From Planctomycetota bacterium (GTDB taxonomy: Bacteria > Planctomycetota > UBA8108 > SXIK01), in NCBI GenBank assembly GCA_965223845.1, contig CBDCXR010000004.1:1568001-1632000 (forward strand): 64,000 bases of DNA. Reading direction: 5' to 3'. Below the pieces are notes generated by a model. It was not told the DNA's origin and made no database searches. It was given only the letters and a program-made list of their open reading frames with translations. The number at the start of each line of letters is the position of its first letter. Within the stretch, counting starts at the first letter, position 1. Position numbers and translations under genes: made by a program. Of the stretch, positions 30,558 to 40,850 are shown piece after piece.

Positions 30558-31961
30558 TCAGAGCTCTTTGACCTCGGCGGCGAGGTTCGAGAGCGACGCC
30601 TTCGCGTCGCCGAAGAGCATGCGCGTATTCGGGTGGTAGAAGAGCTCGTTGTCGATCCCGGCGAACCCGGGGTTCATGCTGCGCTTCAGAACGACGATGC
30701 TCTTCGCCTCGTCGACGTTCAGGATCGGCATGCCGTAGATCGGGCTCGTCGGATTGTCGCGCGCCGCTGGATTGACCACGTCGTTGGCGCCGACGACGAT
30801 CACCACGTCCGCCGACGAGAACTCGGAGTTGATCGAGTCCATGTCGTAGAGCTGTTCGTACGGAACGTCCGCCTCGGCGAGAAGGACGTTCATGTGGCCC
30901 GGCATCCTTCCGGCGACCGGATGGATCGCGTACTTCACCTCGACGTCGCGTTCCTCGAGGAGGGTCGCGAGCTCGCGCACTTGTCGCTGCGCCTGCGCGA
31001 CGGCCAGCCCGTAGCCGGGAACGAAGACAACGAGCCGCGCGTATCCGATGAGGAGGGCGACATCGTCCGCCTGGACGTCGCGCACCGTGCGATCGCGATC
31101 GCCGTCGACCGCGCCGCCGGTCGCACCGGAACCGAACGCGCTGAAGAGGACGTTTCCGAGCGACCGATTCATCGCGCGGCACATGATCTGAGTGAGAATG
31201 AGTCCCGAAGCACCGACGAGCGCGCCGCAGATGACGAGTGCGCTGTTCGAGATGACGAACCCGGTAATCGCCGCTGCGACGCCGGAGAACGAATTGAGGA
31301 GGGAAATCACGACGGGCATGTCGGCGCCACCGATCGGAATGACGAAAAGAACGCCGAATACGAGAGACGCGATGAGGAGCAAGCTGAAGACGTCGCCCCG
31401 GGGAGCTGCACCCGAGAGGAACGCGATTCCTCCGATGACCGCGAGGAAGAGCGCGAAGTTTGCGAGTCGCTGAAAGGGGTACGTGATCGGACGGCCGGTC
31501 ATCAGCTCCTGGAGCTTCGCGAACGCGACCACGCTTCCCGAGAGGGTGATGCTCCCGACGACGGCTCCGAGCTGGATCGAGAGGCCGAGCGCGAGCTCGG
31601 GCTCCGCTTCGCGGGGGAGTTGGGCATACGTCGCCGCGGCAACGAGTGCCGAGGCACCGCCGCCGAAGCCGTTGAAGAGCGCGACCATCTGCGGCATGGC
31701 GGTCATCTGGACCTTCCGTGCCATCACGGCGCCGATGCCCGAGCCGACGACGACGCCGGCGAGGATCAGCCAGAGAGACTTCGCGGCGACGAGAGGTTCA
31801 CCGCTCTCCGAACGCGCCAGCAGCGTCGCGATGACTGCGACAAACATTCCGACCGCGGCGAGGAGATTCCCCCGGCGAGCGGTCTTCGGGGAGCCGAGAC
31901 GCTTCAGCGCCAGGATGAAGAGAACCGCAGCCGCGAGGTAGGAGAGTTGAATGAACGCCAC
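30558..31961 (-). CDS. pntB: NAD(P) transhydrogenase subunit beta
   Basis: MTAMPQMVALFNGFGGG; IGGADMPVVISLLNS; VPGYGLAVAQAQ; HPVAGRMPGHMNVLLAEA; GANDVVNPAA. Confidence 0.97.
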   Translation of the reverse strand: MAFIQLSYLAAAVLFILALKRLGSPKTARRGNLLAAVGMFVAVIATLLARSESGEPLVAAKSLWLILAGVVVGSGIGAVMARKVQMTAMPQMVALFNGFGGGASALVAAATYAQLPREAEPELALGLSIQLGAVVGSITLSGSVVAFAKLQELMTGRPITYPFQRLANFALFLAVIGGIAFLSGAAPRGDVFSLLLIASLVFGVLFVIPIGGADMPVVISLLNSFSGVAAAITGFVISNSALVICGALVGASGLILTQIMCRAMNRSLGNVLFSAFGSGATGGAVDGDRDRTVRDVQADDVALLIGYARLVVFVPGYGLAVAQAQRQVRELATLLEERDVEVKYAIHPVAGRMPGHMNVLLAEADVPYEQLYDMDSINSEFSSADVVIVVGANDVVNPAARDNPTSPIYGMPILNVDEAKSIVVLKRSMNPGFAGIDNELFYHPNTRMLFGDAKASLSNLAAEVKEL

Positions 31962-31997
31962 CGAAATCGTTTCCCTCGAGTGTCGTCGAGCCCCGAC

Positions 31998-32297
31998 TCA
32001 GCTCTTCGGTTTCGAATCGTCGCCGCCGAACATCTGAAGCATTCGATCGGTGACGAGGAATCCGCCCATGACGTTGATCGTGGCGAGCACGACCGCGCAG
32101 AAGCCGAGGACGTCTGCGAGTGTTCCTGCGTCGGCGCCGGTCACGATGAGGGCTCCCACGATCGTGATTCCGGAGATCGCGTTCGAGCCCGACATGAGCG
32201 GCGTGTGGAGAGTCGGCGGGACGCGAGTGATCAGCTCGAGGCCGATGATCGTCGCGAGCACGAAGACGACGATTCCTCCGACGAGTCCTTCGATCAT
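31998..32297 (-). CDS. pntA: NAD(P) transhydrogenase subunit alpha, membrane part (split alpha 2)
   Basis: VPPTLHTPLMSGSNAISGITIVGAL; GGFLVTDRMLQMF. Confidence 0.95.
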   Translation of the reverse strand: MIEGLVGGIVVFVLATIIGLELITRVPPTLHTPLMSGSNAISGITIVGALIVTGADAGTLADVLGFCAVVLATINVMGGFLVTDRMLQMFGGDDSKPKS

Positions 32298-33487
32298 GCG
32301 GAGTCTCTCTCTTCCTCGCAGAGCTGGCGGAGATCCTCGCGGCAGATCTCTCCGTCGTGGGTGACGCACATCGCTCCCGTGATCTCGTCCGCGAGATCGA
32401 TCTCGAGCTTGCCGCTCTGGACGATGTGTTCGCACAAGGTGCTGAGATTGCGCGAATACATTTCGGAGGCATGAGTCGGGGCGGTCGACGGCAGATTGAC
32501 CGGACCGATGATCACGACTCCGTGGTGGACGACTTCCTTGGCGGCTTCACTGAGAGTGCAGTTTCCGCCCATTTCAACGGCGAGGTCGACGATGACCGAT
32601 CCGGGATTCATACCGCGCACCGCGTCCTCGGTGAGGAGAACCGGCGCGGGGCGCCCCGGTATGAGCGCCGTCGAGATCACGACGTCCGCCTGCGCGGCTG
32701 CTTCTGCGATCACGGCGCGGTTGCGCTCTTCGGTCTCCTCGTCGAGGGCCTTCGCGTAGCCGCCCGAGTCCTCGGCGGATTTGTCGAGCGACGGAGGAGC
32801 GAGGAACTTCGCTCCAAGACTCTCGACTTGCTCCTTGGCCGCCGGCCGGACGTCGAACGCCTCGACGATGGCGCCGAGGCGTCGTGCGGTTGCGATCGCC
32901 TGGAGTCCGGCGACTCCCGCCCCGAGGATGAGCACCTTCGCCGGTGTGAGCGTTCCAGCGGCGGTGACCAACATCGGAAACAGCTTCCCGAGCGAATTCG
33001 CGGCACGGAGGACGGCTTTGTAACCGGCGATCGTACTCATGCTCGACAGCGCATCCATGCTCTGAGCGCGCGTGATGCGAGGCGCCCAGTCCATCGCGAG
33101 GGTCGTGATTCCTCGGCCCGCGAGTGCGCGGATGACATCGAGATGGAGATGCGGAAACTGAAAGCCGACGAGGACACAGCCTTCAGGTAACGCCTCGACT
33201 TCGTCAAAGGTCGGCGGCTGAACCTTGAGGACGAGATTCGCGCCCTGGGCCGCATCGCCGAAGCTGGGGACGATCTCCGCGCCGGCTTCCGAGTAGGCGT
33301 CGTCCGCAAAGAACGCCCGCTTCCCCGCATCGCTCTCGACCGCGAAAGACGGCGCGGCCGACGCGTTCGATTCGTCGTCGTCCGCGTCCTTGCTCGTTAG
33401 CTTGGAGCGCAAGCGCGCCACCGCAGCGGGAACGAGAGCCACTCGACGCTCTCTCGGCGCGGTCTCTCGCGGGATTCCGATCCGCAT
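32294..33487 (-). CDS. pntA: NAD(P) transhydrogenase subunit alpha, soluble dI part
   Basis: MRIGIPRE...ERRVALVP; PRITRAQSMDALSS; GAGVAGLQA; TALIPGRPAP. Confidence 0.95.
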   Translation of the reverse strand: MRIGIPRETAPRERRVALVPAAVARLRSKLTSKDADDDESNASAAPSFAVESDAGKRAFFADDAYSEAGAEIVPSFGDAAQGANLVLKVQPPTFDEVEALPEGCVLVGFQFPHLHLDVIRALAGRGITTLAMDWAPRITRAQSMDALSSMSTIAGYKAVLRAANSLGKLFPMLVTAAGTLTPAKVLILGAGVAGLQAIATARRLGAIVEAFDVRPAAKEQVESLGAKFLAPPSLDKSAEDSGGYAKALDEETEERNRAVIAEAAAQADVVISTALIPGRPAPVLLTEDAVRGMNPGSVIVDLAVEMGGNCTLSEAAKEVVHHGVVIIGPVNLPSTAPTHASEMYSRNLSTLCEHIVQSGKLEIDLADEITGAMCVTHDGEICREDLRQLCEEERDSA

Positions 33488-33690
33488 TCCCGTTGACGTC
33501 CCTTCACCATCGTCGCGGGCCGCATCGTACGGCCGCGCCGCAGTCTCCCTCGACCGGTCGCTCGCGTACGACTTTTTGGAGCGGGCGGTCAGGCGGCGCA
33601 TGATACCCTAACGCGCTTCGGAAGAACACCGCGAAACCGCCCTCTCCGCTAGCGACGGGGTGGAGTGCAACGACGCGTCACGGAGGAGTC

Positions 33691-34581
33691 ATGGCGAAGA
33701 CCATCGGGTTCATCGGAATGGGCATCATGGGTCGGCCGATGGCGCGCCATCTCATCGACGCCGGTTACGACGTCACCGTTTACAACCGGACGAAATCGCG
33801 CACGGCCGAGCTCGTGGAAGCCGGCGCCAAGGTCGCCGACACGCCGCGCCAGTGCGGCGAAGGCAAGGACGTCGTCATCACGATCGTGACCGATTCACCC
33901 GACGTCGAAGCGGTGCTCTTCGGACCGGACGGCGCGGCGAGCGGAATCCGCACGGGCGCGACGGTGATCGACATGAGCACGATCTCTCCGGACGTGACCC
34001 GCGACATCGCCGATCGATTGAAGAATCAGGGCGTCGATTTTCTCGACGCTCCCGTGAGCGGCGGCGATATCGGCGCGCAGAAGGGGACGCTCACGATTAT
34101 GGTCGGCGGTGACCAAAGCGTCTTCGATCGCGTGAAGGATGTCTTCGAGCCCATGGGGTCGCGCATCACGCTCGTCGGCCCAGTCGGCGCGGGCCAAGTG
34201 ACGAAGTCCTGCAATCAGATCCTCTGCGCGGTGAACATGGTCGCGGTGTGCGAGGCGCTCTCGCTCGCGCGGAGGAACGGACTCGATCTCGCGAAGGTTC
34301 ACCAAGTGGTCACCGGCGGCGCGGCGAACTCGTGGGCGCTCGAAAACCTCGGCGGCGCGATGATCGAAAACAACTTCAATCCCGGCTTTATGGTGAAGCT
34401 CATCCTGAAGGACCTCAACATCGTCCTCAGCGCGGCAAAGCGCCTTCACCTTCCGCTCGCCGGAACGTCGCTTGCGCACGAGTACTTTCAATCGAACGTC
34501 GCGCACGGTGAGGGAGAGCTCGGGACTCAGGCGATGCTGAAAGTGCTCGAGCGACTCGGCAACTTTTCGCTGGAGGACTAA
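33691..34581 (+). CDS. NAD-dependent beta-hydroxyacid dehydrogenase (2-hydroxy-3-oxopropionate reductase/GarR-like)
   Basis: GFIGMGIMGRPMA; FLDAPVSGG; GTLTIMVGG; GAGQVTK.CNQ. Confidence 0.92.
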   Translation: MAKTIGFIGMGIMGRPMARHLIDAGYDVTVYNRTKSRTAELVEAGAKVADTPRQCGEGKDVVITIVTDSPDVEAVLFGPDGAASGIRTGATVIDMSTISPDVTRDIADRLKNQGVDFLDAPVSGGDIGAQKGTLTIMVGGDQSVFDRVKDVFEPMGSRITLVGPVGAGQVTKSCNQILCAVNMVAVCEALSLARRNGLDLAKVHQVVTGGAANSWALENLGGAMIENNFNPGFMVKLILKDLNIVLSAAKRLHLPLAGTSLAHEYFQSNVAHGEGELGTQAMLKVLERLGNFSLED

Positions 34582-34584
34582 ACC

Positions 34585-36873
34585 ATGCGCGGACGTCGCT
34601 CGAACCTTGCGTTTCGTATCGGGCCGGCCGGTTTCGCCGCGATGGTCGCGACGTTACTCTGCGTTCCGGCGAAGGCTGCAGGGGCGGACCTTCCCGAGGA
34701 ATCCGACGACGGAGCGAAAGCGAGCGAGAAGGTCGCGCCGGAGACCGTGGAGAACGCCGAGAAGCGGACGCCGAACCGGCTCGCTAAAGAGAAGAGCCCG
34801 TATCTCCTCCAGCATCAGTACAACCCCGTCGATTGGTATCCGTGGGGCGACGAAGCGTTCGAGAAGGCGCGGCGCGAGAATAAGCCGATCTTTCTCAGCA
34901 TCGGCTACTCGACATGCCACTGGTGTCACGTCATGGAGCGGGAATCGTTCGAAGACGAAGAGATCGCGGCCTACCTGAACAAGCACTTCGTCGCCGTCAA
35001 GGTCGATCGTGAGGAGCGGCCGGATGTCGACGGCGTGTACATGGACGCGGTCACGGCGATCACGGGTCGGGGCGGCTGGCCGCTCTCCGCTTTTCTCACC
35101 GCCGATCGCTTGCCGTTTTACGGTGGGACGTACTTCCCGCCGCGCGCCGGCGCGCGGGGCGCGCAAATGGGTTTCCTCGAGCTCTGTCAGAAAGTCGTCG
35201 AGGTCTGGTCGACGAATCGCGCTCAGATCGAAACGAGCGCGAATCAACTCCGAACGATGATCGAGAACCAGTCGACGGTTGCGACAGGAAGCGCGACCGT
35301 CGAGCCGAAGCTCGTCCGTCGCGCCTACGATGCGCTGGTCGCGAACTACGATCCCGAGCACGGTGGCTTTCGGGGGCCGCCCCGCCACGCGCCGAAGTTT
35401 CCCCGGACGTCCGTGCTCGATCTCCTTCTTCGCTACGCCCAGACGAAGGACGCCCAGTCGAAACAGACCGCGGCGGACGCGCTCGAGATGGTGTTCACAT
35501 CGCTCGACAAGATGATCCACGGCGGGATCCGAGATCACCTCGCGGGAGGCTTCCACCGCTACTCGGTGGATCGCATCTGGCTTGTTCCTCACTTCGAGAA
35601 AATGCTCTACGACCAGGCGCTCATCGCGCGCACGCTCGTCGACGCGTACCGGATATCTCGGAACCAGCAGTACCTCGCCGTGGCGCGCGAGATCATGGAC
35701 TACGTTCGCGGCCGCATGACCGGGCCGTCCGGGGAACTCTACTCCGCGGAGGACGCCGACACGAACCACGTCGAGGGTCTCACCTACACCTGGACGAGGA
35801 AGGAGGTGCTCCGAGTCGTCGGGAGCGAGGACGGCGAGAGCTTCTGCGCCTACTACGGAATCACGCCGGAGGGCAACTTCGAAGAGGGTGGCGAGCACGT
35901 CAATATTCTCAGCATTCCGGACCCGTCGGCGTTCGCTCGGATCGCCGCGGAGCGGAAGCTCTCCGAGGCCGAGCTTTCAGACAGGTTCGCCGCGGCGCGA
36001 GCGCGGCTGCTCGCTGTTCGCGACGAGCGACCACAGCCGCTCCGCGACGACAAAGTGCTCACGGCGTGGAACGGGCTCGGGATCTCCGCGCTCGCGTACA
36101 CGTATCAGGTGACTCGCGACGAGGTCTACCTCACCGCCGCCCAGCGCGCGGCCGCGTTCGTAAAGGAGCATCTCGCCGAGGGCGGCCATCTGAAGAGACG
36201 TTACCGCGCGGGTGAAGTTCGCTTCCCGGGGTATCTGAACGACTACGCGTTCCTCGCCGACGGTCTTCTCGATCTCTTCGAGTCCGACTTCGATCCCCGG
36301 TGGCTCGAGTGGGCGAATCGACTCGCGGGGACTCTGCTGAGCGATTTTCTGGATTCGGAGAGCGGCACCTTTTTTACGACGAGCGCGCACCAGGAAAAGC
36401 TCATCGTGAGACAGCGGGAGTTCTACGATGGCGCCGTGCCGTCGGGAAACTCCGTCGCCCTCTCCGTTCTCCTCCGACTCGGTCAGTACACCGACGACGC
36501 GAAGGTCCTCGCCGCGGCGCGAAAGCTCGAGGGCGCGGCGGCAGCGCTCGCGGTTCGTGCCCCCGCGAGCTACCCGGCTCTCCTCTGCGCGGCGTACTAC
36601 CGAATGGCGGAGCCGAAGCAGCTCGTCATCGCGGGCGACGCCGCGAGTACGGCATCCTGGCGCGATGCCGTCTACGATCGATTTCTGCCGGCGAAGATCC
36701 TCGTCCGCGTTCCCGGTGGAGGCGCCAACGCGAAACTCGCCGCGCTCGTCCCACTGGTCGAAGGGAAGCTCGCGATCGCGGGGAGTCCCACTGCGTACGT
36801 CTGCCGGGACAAAGTCTGCAAGTTGCCGGCGAAGGAACTCGACACGTTTCTCAAGCAGCTCGCAGCGCCGTAG
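34585..36873 (+). CDS. YyaL/SPATA20-family thioredoxin-domain protein with N-terminal signal peptide
   Basis: [23 protein letters not shown]; CHWCHVM; [11 protein letters not shown]; [12 protein letters not shown]; [10 protein letters not shown]. Confidence 0.93.
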   Translation: MRGRRSNLAFRIGPAGFAAMVATLLCVPAKAAGADLPEESDDGAKASEKVAPETVENAEKRTPNRLAKEKSPYLLQHQYNPVDWYPWGDEAFEKARRENKPIFLSIGYSTCHWCHVMERESFEDEEIAAYLNKHFVAVKVDREERPDVDGVYMDAVTAITGRGGWPLSAFLTADRLPFYGGTYFPPRAGARGAQMGFLELCQKVVEVWSTNRAQIETSANQLRTMIENQSTVATGSATVEPKLVRRAYDALVANYDPEHGGFRGPPRHAPKFPRTSVLDLLLRYAQTKDAQSKQTAADALEMVFTSLDKMIHGGIRDHLAGGFHRYSVDRIWLVPHFEKMLYDQALIARTLVDAYRISRNQQYLAVAREIMDYVRGRMTGPSGELYSAEDADTNHVEGLTYTWTRKEVLRVVGSEDGESFCAYYGITPEGNFEEGGEHVNILSIPDPSAFARIAAERKLSEAELSDRFAAARARLLAVRDERPQPLRDDKVLTAWNGLGISALAYTYQVTRDEVYLTAAQRAAAFVKEHLAEGGHLKRRYRAGEVRFPGYLNDYAFLADGLLDLFESDFDPRWLEWANRLAGTLLSDFLDSESGTFFTTSAHQEKLIVRQREFYDGAVPSGNSVALSVLLRLGQYTDDAKVLAAARKLEGAAAALAVRAPASYPALLCAAYYRMAEPKQLVIAGDAASTASWRDAVYDRFLPAKILVRVPGGGANAKLAALVPLVEGKLAIAGSPTAYVCRDKVCKLPAKELDTFLKQLAAP

Positions 36874-37081
36874 TCGACGCGACCCGGCGAAAAAGAAATC
36901 CGCGCGGTGCGATTCGAGTGGTAGCATCCTCGTGAGGGCAGGCTGAGGGGGGAGTTCAACGCGGGCGGGACGCACGACGGAGCCGGATGTCGATCGTGGC
37001 CGAGACGTGTCACGAGCCGGTCTGCAACCGCCGTCGTCCGCGGCCGAGCCGGCCGGCGAAGATCGAGCGACTGCACTCTTC

Positions 37082-37202
37082 GGGGGCTGTCTCAAAACCT
37101 GTTTCGTCGGCCGGAGGCCGAGCCCGTCGAACCCTTGCGAGGAGCGAGGAAGCGACGTGCAGATCCGTACCGAAGCCGAGGTCGGGTTTTGAATCAGTTC
37201 TC
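37082..37202. mobile_element. MITE/REP-like non-autonomous element
   Basis: Imperfect 18-bp terminal inverted repeats GGGGGCTGTCTCAAAACC / GGTTTTGAATCAGTTCTC enclosing about 85 bp with no ORF. Confidence 0.5.
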
Positions 37203-37344
37203 GAGTTCGTGGTCGGGCCGTAGCGTCGCGAGCCCCGCGCATCGCGCGGAGGCTTTCGACGCGGTCGCGGTGAGAGGCCCGGGCTCAAAATGCGCAATCG
37301 GCGTCCGAGCGCGGGAGCAACGCCTGTGAGTTGGGGGGGATACA

Positions 37345-37707
37345 ATGCGAACCAAGAGTCCGCGATCGAGCACGCTCGCCGATGCCCTGCGGGGCTTCCT
37401 TCGGAGCGTCGAGCTCGACTCCGAGTCGACTCGATCCCGCGATAGCGGCGTCGAGACGATGATTCAGGTCGAGCACGACGGTTTCGTGTACGCCCTTGTC
37501 CGGCATCCCGCGCAAGGCGTTCAGCGGTTGAGTCCGCGCGAACGGGAGATCGCCACGCTGGTTGCGGAGGGCCTCGGGAACAAGACGATTGCGATCCGGC
37601 TCGGGATCCGACCGGGAAGCGTCTCGACCTACCTCCGGCGGATCTTCGTCAAGCTGGGCATCGACTCGCGCGCCGCGCTGGCGCAGCGAAGCGTAGTGCT
37701 CAGCTAG
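37345..37707 (+). CDS. LuxR-type HTH transcriptional regulator (no receiver domain)
   Basis: LSPREREIATLVAEGLGNKTIA.RLGI....VSTYLRRIFVKLGIDSRAAL. Confidence 0.88.
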   Translation: MRTKSPRSSTLADALRGFLRSVELDSESTRSRDSGVETMIQVEHDGFVYALVRHPAQGVQRLSPREREIATLVAEGLGNKTIAIRLGIRPGSVSTYLRRIFVKLGIDSRAALAQRSVVLS

Positions 37708-37750
37708 TTTGGTTCTGGGCTAGTTCGGTTCTGGGCTAGTTCGGTTCTGC
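37703..37750 (+). repeat. 16-bp tandem repeat x3
   Basis: GCTAGTTTGGTTCTGG / GCTAGTTCGGTTCTGG / GCTAGTTCGGTTCTGC; the first copy contains the luxR stop codon. Confidence 0.9.
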
Positions 37751-37857
37751 TTTGGCGAACGGAGTTGTCTCGAGGCGTCTCGACGTCGCTTGGCGGCGCC
37801 TCGACGCGGGGCGAGACCCCGACGAGATCTCGACGAGATGCTCGAAAAGCGCGGCAG

Positions 37858-37893
37858 AAAAAAACCCTCGGCACGATTGAGGGCACCGAGGGT
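37858..37893 (-). terminator. Intrinsic terminator (minus strand)
   Basis: ACCCTCGG...CCGAGGGT stem followed by a T tract on the minus strand. Confidence 0.75.
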
Positions 37894-38055
37894 CGGGGCA
37901 GTTGTGGGCTCGTTGAGGCGTCGGGTCCCGCGACTTGCGTTGCGTACCCTTCACGCGGGCGCGAACTCTAACCGAGCCCGAACCGGAAGAAAAGTCCCCA
38001 TTTCGACTGTCATCCGGACGCGATACACAAAACGGGGGAGAACGCTCCTGACGCT

Positions 38056-40638
38056 CTACTGCCTCGGCGCGAGGATTCGCATGCGCTGGGCGATGTGCGC
38101 GAGATCTGCGGCGATGCGAAAGAGAATTCCGAACGCCTGCCCGTAGACGATGGTCTGGCTGTGCGCACTGAGCGGCAAGGTATCGCGGTGTTCGGCGTCG
38201 GTGTGCTGGCGCCACTGGGCTTCGATGCGGCTCGAGTACTTCGCGAGTCGTTCGACCATCTTGACGGCGTTCTCTTCCGTCCGGATGTCGCGCTCCCGAA
38301 GGAGGCTGAGAATGTTCCCGAACTGCGCGACGACGAGATCGTAGACTTCTCCGAGGTCGCGAATGACTTCCTCGGATCCGAGGATCTTTTCGTCGATTTT
38401 GCGCGCGGCGAGCTCTCGCAGCCCCTCCGCGTACGTGCCGATGCGTGCGATCGACTCGATCGCACTCTGGAGGATTTCGGCCTGCATCGCGTCGCGGTGG
38501 GTGAGCTGGCTCGCTCCCACTTCGACGAGGTACTGGCTTGTTTCGCGGTGGAGGTCTGCGAGAACCTGTCCCCGTCGAACCACTTGGTCGGAGAGATCGA
38601 TATCGTCGTAGCGGAACGCGTCGAACGCTTCGGCGACCGTCTTTCTACACATCTCCGTCATGTAAACGACTTCCGCCGTTGTTTGGCGAAGCGCGAGCGC
38701 CGGGACTGCGATCAGGTTTTCGTCTAGGTGGAACGGCTTGACGATCTGCGTTTCACCCGCGCTCGGCCGGAGTCGTTCGAGCGGACGGATGAGAAGACCG
38801 GGGAGCGCGAGAAACACGGCCGCCCCGATGAGGTTGTACAGCGTGTGTGCCGTCGCGATGTGTTGCGTCGCGTTCTGTGGAAACTCGGAGAGAAGAGGAG
38901 CGGGCACCCAGCTTTCGACGAGCCAGAGAAGGGGCGAGTGCCCGTCGACGAGAACAATGGAGAGGATGGACGCGAGCGCGGCAGCGAGTAGGTGAAAGAT
39001 GAAATTGAGAAGGGCGGTGCGTTGCGCCTCGCGGCGCTTCCTGGCGGCGAGCGCGAGGACCATTCCGGCGGCACCGACGTTGGCGCCGATGATGAGAGGA
39101 ATCGCGTGGGCCGGCGGTAGGAGGCTCGACTCGACGAGCACCATCGCGAACACGACGAGGAGATTCGACGTGCGGAAGACGAAGCCCGTGAGCGTCCCGG
39201 CCGCGAGCACCGACACGAACATTCCGGCGTAGCTGGTGAACGAGCCGGTCGTCGGTCGGAGAAGCGGCAGCTCGCGCAGTTGCTCGCTGAGCGCGGCGGT
39301 AGACGCGACTTGCCGGAGTATGGTCCAGCTCGCGAATACGAGGCCGAAGCCGACGCAGATCCACGCCCAAGAAGCCCACTGTGTGTGCCGGCGAGCGAGG
39401 AACAGGAGCGCGCCGACGACGAGGAGAGGCGCGGCGATCGCATCGACTTCGAGGGCGAGGAGCTGACAGAGCACCGTTCCGCCGACGTTGGCGCCGAGGA
39501 CGATGGCGAGCGCACCTTTCGCTTGGAGGAGCCCGCTGTTCGCGAGGCTCGTCAGATAGGACGTGACGAGCGACGCCGACTGAAACGTCGCTCCCGCCAC
39601 GACGCCGCCGGCGAACCCCTTGAACCGGTTGGCCGCCCAGGATTCGGTCGGCAGGTGCGAATAGCGACTCGTCAAAAGGAGGAATCCTCCGCCGAGGAGA
39701 CGCACGCCGATGACAAAGAGGATCGTCGCGATCGCGCAGTGAATTCCGACCCCGAGCCAATCCGTCGCAACGACGGTGAACACCACGGGGTCCGGCGGAC
39801 GCGGCGCGTCGGGCTCCGGCGGGACCTGAGCGAGGACGAGATACTCGCCCGAGATGTCGCCGATCCCGAGTGTCCCTTCGCGGAAGCCGTCAGAGTCCGT
39901 CGTTCGATTTCGGCGGCGCTCGCGCTTGAGCACGGTCGACTCGTTCGCGCGAAGCGGAATCTCGACGAGCCGGAACGGCACTTCCCGATTGGGGATCGCG
40001 ACCGCCTGGCCCTCCTCTTCGTCCCAGCGCGTGAGCGTCAGCGAAAGATCGACGTCGTCGCCCACCGGAGCTTCGACGCGAGCGGGCACCCCGAGCTCGA
40101 CGCCTGAGTTGAGGTGAAAGTGAACCTTGTCGGATTTCGTGTTGATGCTCGCTTCGACACGCCAGTTTCCCGTCAGCGTTCCCATCCGCGCGTTGACTTG
40201 GGCGATGCCGTCTCGGTCGCTCGTCACAGTGAAGCCGAGGCGCGCGGGGGCTCGGTTCTCGCGATCGATCTCGGAGGCCGACCCCGCTCCGGCTGCTTCC
40301 GGCAGAAGTAAGACCGGGTACGGGGGCGGAGTGCCGGCGGGCACGTCAAAGGACGCCACCTCGACGATGGCATCGGGAAGGTAGTCCCGGACACCGTCCA
40401 CCTCGAAGTGAACCGCGACGCCGGGGACGGGTTGGCGCTCACGCTTCCTCCCGAAGAGGTCGAGGCGTCGAGGGCCGAGAACTCGCACTCGGAGCGGGAG
40501 CTCGATCTCGCCGCCGGCGGCCGCGCTCTGGTGGTCGCCCGAGATGATCTCGACGCGAGTCGGTTCCGGCGGATTCGCCGGTTCGCACGCGACGAGCGCG
40601 AGCACTCCGATCCAGCCGAGCAGGAGTTTTCGGATCAT
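38056..40638 (-). CDS. Na/Pi cotransporter family protein with N-terminal lipoprotein/Ig-like domains and C-terminal PhoU-like domain
   Basis: Lipobox LALVAC; IISGDHQSA...PLRVRV Big_1-like; GANVGGT and GANVGAA repeats; IATAHTLYNL; HLDENLIAVPALAL; C-terminal RIAADLAHIA. Confidence 0.85.
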   Translation of the reverse strand: MIRKLLLGWIGVLALVACEPANPPEPTRVEIISGDHQSAAAGGEIELPLRVRVLGPRRLDLFGRKRERQPVPGVAVHFEVDGVRDYLPDAIVEVASFDVPAGTPPPYPVLLLPEAAGAGSASEIDRENRAPARLGFTVTSDRDGIAQVNARMGTLTGNWRVEASINTKSDKVHFHLNSGVELGVPARVEAPVGDDVDLSLTLTRWDEEEGQAVAIPNREVPFRLVEIPLRANESTVLKRERRRNRTTDSDGFREGTLGIGDISGEYLVLAQVPPEPDAPRPPDPVVFTVVATDWLGVGIHCAIATILFVIGVRLLGGGFLLLTSRYSHLPTESWAANRFKGFAGGVVAGATFQSASLVTSYLTSLANSGLLQAKGALAIVLGANVGGTVLCQLLALEVDAIAAPLLVVGALLFLARRHTQWASWAWICVGFGLVFASWTILRQVASTAALSEQLRELPLLRPTTGSFTSYAGMFVSVLAAGTLTGFVFRTSNLLVVFAMVLVESSLLPPAHAIPLIIGANVGAAGMVLALAARKRREAQRTALLNFIFHLLAAALASILSIVLVDGHSPLLWLVESWVPAPLLSEFPQNATQHIATAHTLYNLIGAAVFLALPGLLIRPLERLRPSAGETQIVKPFHLDENLIAVPALALRQTTAEVVYMTEMCRKTVAEAFDAFRYDDIDLSDQVVRRGQVLADLHRETSQYLVEVGASQLTHRDAMQAEILQSAIESIARIGTYAEGLRELAARKIDEKILGSEEVIRDLGEVYDLVVAQFGNILSLLRERDIRTEENAVKMVERLAKYSSRIEAQWRQHTDAEHRDTLPLSAHSQTIVYGQAFGILFRIAADLAHIAQRMRILAPRQ

Positions 40639-40850
40639 AGCGACTCTGGGTTCATGCAAAATTCACGGTCCAGAGATAGGTTTTTAAAGGGAGCGGCCCA
40701 GAATCACTTCGGGTGGACGGCGGACGCCGTCCGTATTGTACGCGTCGGGCGCGAGCTCGCGACGTCCGAGCACTCGGGACGTTCGAGCCACGCCGTACAG
40801 GACGCCACTCTGGACCAACCGGCGAGAACCCTGATCGATGATCGACGGAT

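Noticed and set aside
30280-31182. Apparent 300-aa N-terminal extension of ClpB overlapping pntB
   Set aside because: RBS and promoter support ATG 30279; the extension is an off-frame read of pntB plus intergenic DNA. Similar over-extended starts were trimmed for other genes.
37703-37750. 16-bp repeats as a mini CRISPR array
   Set aside because: No spacers, unit too short, no cas genes.
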